Shown in pieces: positions 58,668 through 64,000 of a stretch of DNA of 64,000 bases (positions are counted from its first letter, which is position 1; every line of letters begins with the position of its first letter). The position numbers and the translations under genes were made by a program. The notes beneath the pieces are model-generated. The model was not told the DNA's origin and searched no databases. It saw only the letters and a program-made list of their open reading frames with translations. This DNA comes from an uncultured Gammaproteobacteria bacterium (GTDB lineage Bacteria; Patescibacteriota; Microgenomatia; Levybacterales; UBA12049). Location: contig CAZLZN010000001.1 of the NCBI GenBank assembly GCA_964564035.1, positions 14,845-78,844 on the forward strand. The letters are read 5' to 3'.

Positions 58668-59273
58668 TTATTTTATTTTATAAACCAAAGCGGCAAGTGC
58701 GGATCCCAAAAACGGACCTATCAGATAAATAAACAAGTTATTCAGATTCTGAGACAAATTCGCGCTGTCATACAAAATAGGCCCGATAGCAACAGCCGGA
58801 TTAAATGCCCCTCCCGATATCGGCCCTACAGAATAAGCGCCTGCCAAGACCGTGATACCAATAGCAAGACCGAAGTAATTATTGCCTTTTGTTTTATCGG
58901 CAACAGCTACATGAAGTACTACACTGCAAAGTAAAAAAGTATACAAAACCTCAAGTAATATCGCGGTATTTATCGGCGTAGTCGGAGCCGGAGCCGGAAC
59001 AAAATTATTCAAACTCACCAAGCCGAACACAACAGCCGCCGCGAGACCTCCCAATATTTGAGAAATCATATAAAGCATCGATGTTTGCGGTTTAATGCCT
59101 TTATTTAACATCACGGCAAGCGTAACAGCCGGATTGTAATGCGCCCCGGATATATATCCGCCCATATACACAAGTGCCGCGAGCACCAAGCCGATAGCCA
59201 GAGGATTGCCGGAAAACGCTATCGTCAAAACCAGAAAAAAAGTCCCGATAAATTCAATAATATAGCTTCTCAT
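58668..59273 (-). CDS. Aquaporin (MIP family)
   Basis: EFIGTF, SGAHYNPAVT, SGGAFNPAV. Confidence 0.95.
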   Translation of the reverse strand: MRSYIIEFIGTFFLVLTIAFSGNPLAIGLVLAALVYMGGYISGAHYNPAVTLAVMLNKGIKPQTSMLYMISQILGGLAAAVVFGLVSLNNFVPAPAPTTPINTAILLEVLYTFLLCSVVLHVAVADKTKGNNYFGLAIGITVLAGAYSVGPISGGAFNPAVAIGPILYDSANLSQNLNNLFIYLIGPFLGSALAALVYKIK

Positions 59274-59394
59274 AAAACTTACTCATCTATTATTATTGCA
59301 CATCAAACCCAAAATGCAATAAGTACTTTCATAACCAAAATACCCCTAAGCCCTAAGCCCTAAAACCTGATACAATATTATATAATTACTTCAA

Positions 59395-60108
59395 ATGGAC
59401 AAAAAAGCACTAATTCTCGAATCACGATTCTCCCTCCCTCCAAATTTTCTCGGATACTGCGGCCAAAAAACAGCACACGAGAATTTCAAAAAGTGCATAA
59501 CTGCAGGCGACTGCACGGGCGTCCCCCGGGAGGTCACCAAATTCATCGTGTTATATCCTTATCTGAAAACTTTATCCTCTGTAACCGGACTATCTGAATT
59601 ATCCTATCCCGTAGTAGAAAGTTACTGGTTCGGAAACGATAAGCTCAGTCTTGCCAAAAACGAACACTACGATCTGCTCCTCGACAACTTTCTCCGGCAA
59701 GGCGTGCCCGATTTTTTCGTGGAAGAATTACGAGCTAAAAAACCGACAGTATTTATACCAAGCCACCTGTTCCACGTACTCCATATCGGAGTAGGCCGCG
59801 CAAGTGGTGCTGTACCCTTCAACATGGACTCAATAAACAACTGCATGATCCGCTGGGGCAAAATTATTGAAATTACAAACAACTCCGCTCTTGTTGATCT
59901 CCATTCGCTAAAAACAAACAAAACCGGCTATGTTCTCTTTAAGCACAAAGAAGTAATACCTATCGATCACGAATTAACTCCCGGACTCAAACAAAACCAA
60001 ACTGTTGCTGTTCACTGGAAATTAATTGTCAAAAAATTGACATCCGAGGAAACTGAAAAATTGGACTATTGGACTAAAAAAGTCATTAGTATTATCAAAC
60101 CCGCATGA
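59395..60108 (+). CDS. DUF6390-like protein
   Basis: PPNFLGYCG, VVESYW.G, H.FHV, C.I.WG, VAVHW. Confidence 0.75.
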   Translation: MDKKALILESRFSLPPNFLGYCGQKTAHENFKKCITAGDCTGVPREVTKFIVLYPYLKTLSSVTGLSELSYPVVESYWFGNDKLSLAKNEHYDLLLDNFLRQGVPDFFVEELRAKKPTVFIPSHLFHVLHIGVGRASGAVPFNMDSINNCMIRWGKIIEITNNSALVDLHSLKTNKTGYVLFKHKEVIPIDHELTPGLKQNQTVAVHWKLIVKKLTSEETEKLDYWTKKVISIIKPA

Positions 60109-60116
60109 TCTATAAT

Positions 60117-61049
60117 TTATGCCGCTTGAGCTATGCGCTCTTGTTTGACAGTGCGGATTGCCGAATACCCGAATAGTGCGGCTCCGGCTATTATCAGAAC
60201 AGCTTGAATTCCAAGCTCAGCCGGCCACTTTTGAGTAACAAATACTGCTGACAGTGCGTTTGTCACAAGAGTAGATGATACCAAAATCGACGTGACGAGT
60301 GTAGCAGGCGCAAATCTCAGCGCCCTATACCATGTCATGACATAACCGAGAAGCGTTACCATAGTAATTATCATCCACATAATTTGTGAATTTTCCAAAC
60401 TGAACACGCTCCCCAATGCCGCAGGCGCCACCATGAAAGACGCCCCAAGCAGAATCAGGGATCCAAAGCCCATCCTCGCAGCGGTAACAATATCCGGATC
60501 AACTGTCGGCAGAATTTTTTTAGCAAGCACATTCTCAACCGCCCAAAATATTGTCGCTATCAATACCAAAAACTCTCCCTCCATAAGCGTAAATCCCTGA
60601 AAACCTCCTACAAAAACATTCGCGCCAAACAGTATTAGAACAGCCAGGATCTGCAGCTTGCTAAGCCTCTCCTTAAGAAGCGGGATCGCCATGATCGCAA
60701 CCCAAATAATAAGGGTTTTATGGATAATCGCGGCGTTTATCGCCGGAATTTGAGTAAGACCGGTAAAATAAAGATAAAACGGTATCGTGCCTCCGATTAT
60801 CCCTATCAGCGCCAAATAAACTATTTCCCTTTTATTTAATTTTCCGAACAGCTTCCACTTTCGGCTCGCGAGAATTACTGCGGCTATCAAAAGCCCTACG
60901 CCGAGATTTTTCACCGTAGTAAAAACCAAGGGAGGCTGTATCGCCGTTACTGCAAATTTATTCACAAAAATTGCAACACCTGAAATAACAGACGTCATGA
61001 GGGAAAAATAAATACCTTTTTTAATATTGGACATATAATTAATGCTCAA
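60117..61049 (-). CDS. DMT/EamA family transporter
   Basis: 10 TM in two repeats. Confidence 0.88.
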   Translation of the reverse strand: MSINYMSNIKKGIYFSLMTSVISGVAIFVNKFAVTAIQPPLVFTTVKNLGVGLLIAAVILASRKWKLFGKLNKREIVYLALIGIIGGTIPFYLYFTGLTQIPAINAAIIHKTLIIWVAIMAIPLLKERLSKLQILAVLILFGANVFVGGFQGFTLMEGEFLVLIATIFWAVENVLAKKILPTVDPDIVTAARMGFGSLILLGASFMVAPAALGSVFSLENSQIMWMIITMVTLLGYVMTWYRALRFAPATLVTSILVSSTLVTNALSAVFVTQKWPAELGIQAVLIIAGAALFGYSAIRTVKQERIAQAA

Positions 61050-61107
61050 TTCCCAACTATTTCTCTTTAAGTATACAGAACATACATCTACAAAATCAAT
61101 ACAGCTA

Positions 61108-61136
61108 TTGACATAAATTTTTATTTAATATAAAGT
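61108..61136 (+). promoter_or_regulatory. sigma70 promoter of the met operon
   Basis: TTGACA-17-TAAAGT, 5 nt before riboswitch P1. Confidence 0.65.
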
Positions 61137-61141
61137 TATTA

Positions 61142-61237
61142 CTAATCAAGAGTGATGGGGAGAGAATTGGCTCAACGATCCATCCGGCAACCCCGCTAAG
61201 CGGGGTGCCAAACCCAAACCCGTGAGGGAAGGATTAG
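61142..61237 (+). ncRNA. SAM-I (S-box) family riboswitch aptamer
   Basis: P1 CTAATC/GATTAG, ATCAAGAG, GGCAACC, GGTGCCAA; upstream of methionine genes. Confidence 0.9.
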
Positions 61238-61263
61238 CTCCGATTATTTCGGGGAAACATCTT

Positions 61264-61286
61264 ACCCCGCTCGGCGGGGTTTTTTT
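61264..61286 (+). terminator. Riboswitch terminator abutting the ATG
   Basis: ACCCCGC-TCG-GCGGGGT-TTTTTT-ATG. Confidence 0.85.
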
Positions 61287-62240
61287 ATGGACAAATCAAA
61301 TTCATTATCTTTTAAAATAAGAAACAAGCGCCCATGCGTCTTGTTTGAACTGGTTCCTCCGCCGGCAGAATACAAAAAAAACATAATCAATGAGTCTCTC
61401 GCGTCTCTCACCCAAATTTTGACCCGCACATCAGTCGACGGCATAAATATTCCGGAAGTAATTGATGAACATCGAAACGGTGAGAGGGTGAATAAAATTC
61501 CCGACAAGCTCGAGCCTCGAATATTAGCAAAGTATCTGCACGGCCTGGGCTTAGACAATATAATAATTAACCGGCCCGTAGTTTATTCCCCCTGGGATCT
61601 TCAAATGAAATGGCTCAAAGAAACATATTCCAAATTCAAAATTAAAAACTTTGTTCTGGTAGGCGGCGAATCATCCGGCACCGAATATCCCGGATATTCG
61701 GTAAACAAAACAGCGCTGGAAATTTCCGTGTCCCAAAAAGATCTCTTTCCTGACATTCTTCTTGGCGGCATTACGATACCGGGTAGAAAAAATGAAGCTG
61801 ACAGATTATATAAAAAAACACAAAACGGAATTAACTTTTTCACGACGCAAATAATTTATGATTCAAGATCCATAACAAAACTGCTCGCCGCTTACTGGAA
61901 AATATGCATTGCAAAAAAAGAAAAACCCAAAATGATATTTCTCAGCTTCGCGCCTGTAATCACAAAAAAAGACATTGAGCTTCTGCTATGGTTGGGAGTT
62001 AAAATTCCGCAATCCACTTTGAAACAGCTGAAAAATGGCTGGCTCGGCGTCGGACACAGATCAACCAAAATCTGCATAGATATTCTAAAAGATATCTTTT
62101 CGTTTATAAAAAAATATGATATAAGTATACCTGTCGGCCTGAATATAGGTTATGTCAACAGAAATAACTTTGAATTTTCACTTGAATTTCTGGATAAATT
62201 AAGTCAGGTCTATCTGAAAGAAATAAAAAATAATAAATAA
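61287..62240 (+). CDS. Methylenetetrahydrofolate reductase-like protein
   Basis: LFELVPP, VLVGGES, LGGITIP.R..E..R...K...G..FFTTQIIYD; SAM-controlled context. Confidence 0.8.
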   Translation: MDKSNSLSFKIRNKRPCVLFELVPPPAEYKKNIINESLASLTQILTRTSVDGINIPEVIDEHRNGERVNKIPDKLEPRILAKYLHGLGLDNIIINRPVVYSPWDLQMKWLKETYSKFKIKNFVLVGGESSGTEYPGYSVNKTALEISVSQKDLFPDILLGGITIPGRKNEADRLYKKTQNGINFFTTQIIYDSRSITKLLAAYWKICIAKKEKPKMIFLSFAPVITKKDIELLLWLGVKIPQSTLKQLKNGWLGVGHRSTKICIDILKDIFSFIKKYDISIPVGLNIGYVNRNNFEFSLEFLDKLSQVYLKEIKNNK

Positions 62241-62243
62241 AAT

Positions 62244-63200
62244 ATGGCAACCGTAAAAACATACATACATGGCATTTACCCGCGCTCAAATGACCTGATC
62301 CAGACTAGCAGAGAACTGATCCGCAAAAAGAAAAAAGAATCGGATTATCTGTCTCAGCTAAAAAAAGATTTTTTAAATTTGCAGCAAATTCAAAAATCTA
62401 ATAATTTCGATTACATAGAAGACGGAAAATTGAATTGGCACGACATATTCCGGCCTATCGTCGAATCAGCTTCAGGTTTCAAAATCGGCGCGCTGACCAG
62501 ATGGTTTGACAACAATTGTTTTTTCAGGCAACCCGTCGCGGCAGGCAAATTAAAACTCGACAAAAATAAACTGGATAAATTATTTCCAAGAATTACGCCT
62601 GAAAAAAAATGGAAAGTTACGCTTCCTTCCCCTTTTACTTTCGCGCGCCTAACCCTGAACGAAACTGGTACTTCATTTGAAAATCTGCTTGATCAAATTA
62701 CTGAAATAATCTCGGAAATTATCAGCTACCTTGATAAAAAAGGGGTAAATTTTGTACAGCTGAATGAACCCTTCCTGCCCTATCAAGGTGTGAGCAATCA
62801 GGATATTACTTTATTCAACAAAATGATCAAAAAACTTGAATCAAAAAAAGGCAAACTCGCAATCGCTTTGCATCTATACTTTGGTGATGCCGGACCTGTT
62901 TTAAAAAAACTCGACAAAAATAAATTCATAGATATCATCGGGATAGATTTTTACAAAACAGCCCTCACCTCTATCCCCAAAAATTTTGACTATGCACTGG
63001 CCGCGGGCATAGTCGACGGCAGGAACTCACTTATCGAAGACCAAAAAACGCTGAAAAAATTTATAAACGACGCGGTAGAGCACCTCAAGCTCGAGGAGAT
63101 TTATATTACAAACAACTCCGACTTGGACTTGTTGCCCGAAACGATAGCATCCAAAAAAATTGAAATACTCTCAGGTATAAAAAACTTATACAATAAATAA
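62244..63200 (+). CDS. Cobalamin-independent methionine synthase, N-terminal (folate-binding)-like half
   Basis: G.YPR, DG.L.W.D, TRWFDNN.FFRQP, VQLNEP, YFGD, GIVDGRN. Confidence 0.82.
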   Translation: MATVKTYIHGIYPRSNDLIQTSRELIRKKKKESDYLSQLKKDFLNLQQIQKSNNFDYIEDGKLNWHDIFRPIVESASGFKIGALTRWFDNNCFFRQPVAAGKLKLDKNKLDKLFPRITPEKKWKVTLPSPFTFARLTLNETGTSFENLLDQITEIISEIISYLDKKGVNFVQLNEPFLPYQGVSNQDITLFNKMIKKLESKKGKLAIALHLYFGDAGPVLKKLDKNKFIDIIGIDFYKTALTSIPKNFDYALAAGIVDGRNSLIEDQKTLKKFINDAVEHLKLEEIYITNNSDLDLLPETIASKKIEILSGIKNLYNK

Positions 63201-63201
63201 T

Positions 63202-64000
63202 ATGAAACAATTTATAACTCATGAAATAGGAAGCCTTGCCAAAGTCGAATGGCTCCGCAAGCTCAACATGAATAATCCGATAGACTCCAAAGATATCGAA
63301 TGGGCTGAAAACTGGGGCAAAAGACTATCCCTGCGCTACAAGCCTCTCCTCGCGATTCTCGCCAAGAAAAAATATTCGGAAACAGACAAAAACGAGCTTC
63401 GCAAATGGGCATCAATTTACGGCGTAGGCATTTTGGACAAAGCAGGGATCGATGTTGTTTATGACGGAGAACAGCAAAGAAGCGAAATGTACCAATATCC
63501 TGTTAATAAATCTACAGGATTCTTATTCCGCGGCTGGGTCAAATCCTTCGACAACAGATACTACCGCAAGGCATCCTGCGTCGCCCGCCCCAAAGTCAAA
63601 GAGCCGTGGCACACGCAAGAATATGAATTACTAACTTCGATCACAAACAAAAGGATCAAAATTCCTGTCACCGGCGCATACACACTGGCGGCCTGGTCAT
63701 TTGATGAATACTACGGCAAAAATGCCCAAGCTCTCGGAAGTATTAGTAGTCTGAAGGACAAACAAAAAGCCCGCCGCGAATTCATATTAGATATTGCCAG
63801 AAATCTCGTCAGGCCCAATCTCAAAATGCTTCTCGACGCCGGCGCGGATTGGATTCAGATAGACGAACCGGCAGCGACAACTGTCCCCGGCGAAACCGAT
63901 CTGTTTGTCGAATCATTCAACGAATCCGTCAAAGGCCTCAAGGGTGAATTCAGCGTCCATATCTGCTTCTCGGATTACCGCCTGCTGTTCCCTCACATTC
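63202..64000 (+). CDS. Cobalamin-independent methionine synthase, catalytic half (runs off window; not in ORF track)
   Basis: Manual translation: MKQFITHEIGSLAK...DGEQQRSEMY...KIPVTGAYT...IQIDEPA...HICFS. Confidence 0.88.
   Translation, partial: MKQFITHEIGSLAKVEWLRKLNMNNPIDSKDIEWAENWGKRLSLRYKPLLAILAKKKYSETDKNELRKWASIYGVGILDKAGIDVVYDGEQQRSEMYQYPVNKSTGFLFRGWVKSFDNRYYRKASCVARPKVKEPWHTQEYELLTSITNKRIKIPVTGAYTLAAWSFDEYYGKNAQALGSISSLKDKQKARREFILDIARNLVRPNLKMLLDAGADWIQIDEPAATTVPGETDLFVESFNESVKGLKGEFSVHICFSDYRLLFPHI

Noticed and set aside
384-63634. Numerous 60-190 aa ORFs antisense or out of frame to identified genes (e.g. 1899-2324, 14472-15053, 55035-55496)
   Set aside because: Shadow ORFs overlapping well-supported genes, with no motifs.
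1-64000. CRISPR array, tRNA or rRNA genes, prophage
   Set aside because: No regularly spaced repeat-spacer array, cas gene, cloverleaf or phage structural cluster was seen; the baseplate-like domain is isolated.

Overview
About 60 genes from a low-GC, compact bacterial genome. Gene content suggests Patescibacteria (CPR, Microgenomates-like); this is an inference from the C-Ala-less AlaRS, the FtsA-like/baseplate-J-like membrane protein, many GT-C enzymes and mostly leaderless promoters. Housekeeping genes: alaS, hrcA-grpE-dnaK-dnaJ and clpB with CIRCE sites, metG, tatD, tpiA, pcrA, prfB, tkt. Less ordinary content: (1) an SRAP / LexA-like / 86-aa protein / DinB DNA-damage cassette beside a RAYT-type HUH transposase, with three copies of a 32-bp end repeat that bracket both the transposase and the lexA-dinB cassette; (2) a hisG-H-A-F-I-E operon under a T-box whose antiterminator matches tRNA-His; (3) a SAM-I riboswitch ahead of MTHFR and a split MetE; (4) an unannotated 59-aa secreted Pro/Thr/Ser-rich peptide ending in APATG, upstream of a class F sortase; (5) a minimal group-3-like [NiFe]-hydrogenase locus with altered motifs, plus Ni-SOD and its protease; (6) a glycosyltransferase gene between 70-bp direct repeats of the pcrA 3' end; (7) heptamer and palindromic repeats, several inserted in frame in proteins. 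All family calls come from motif reading; no searches were run.
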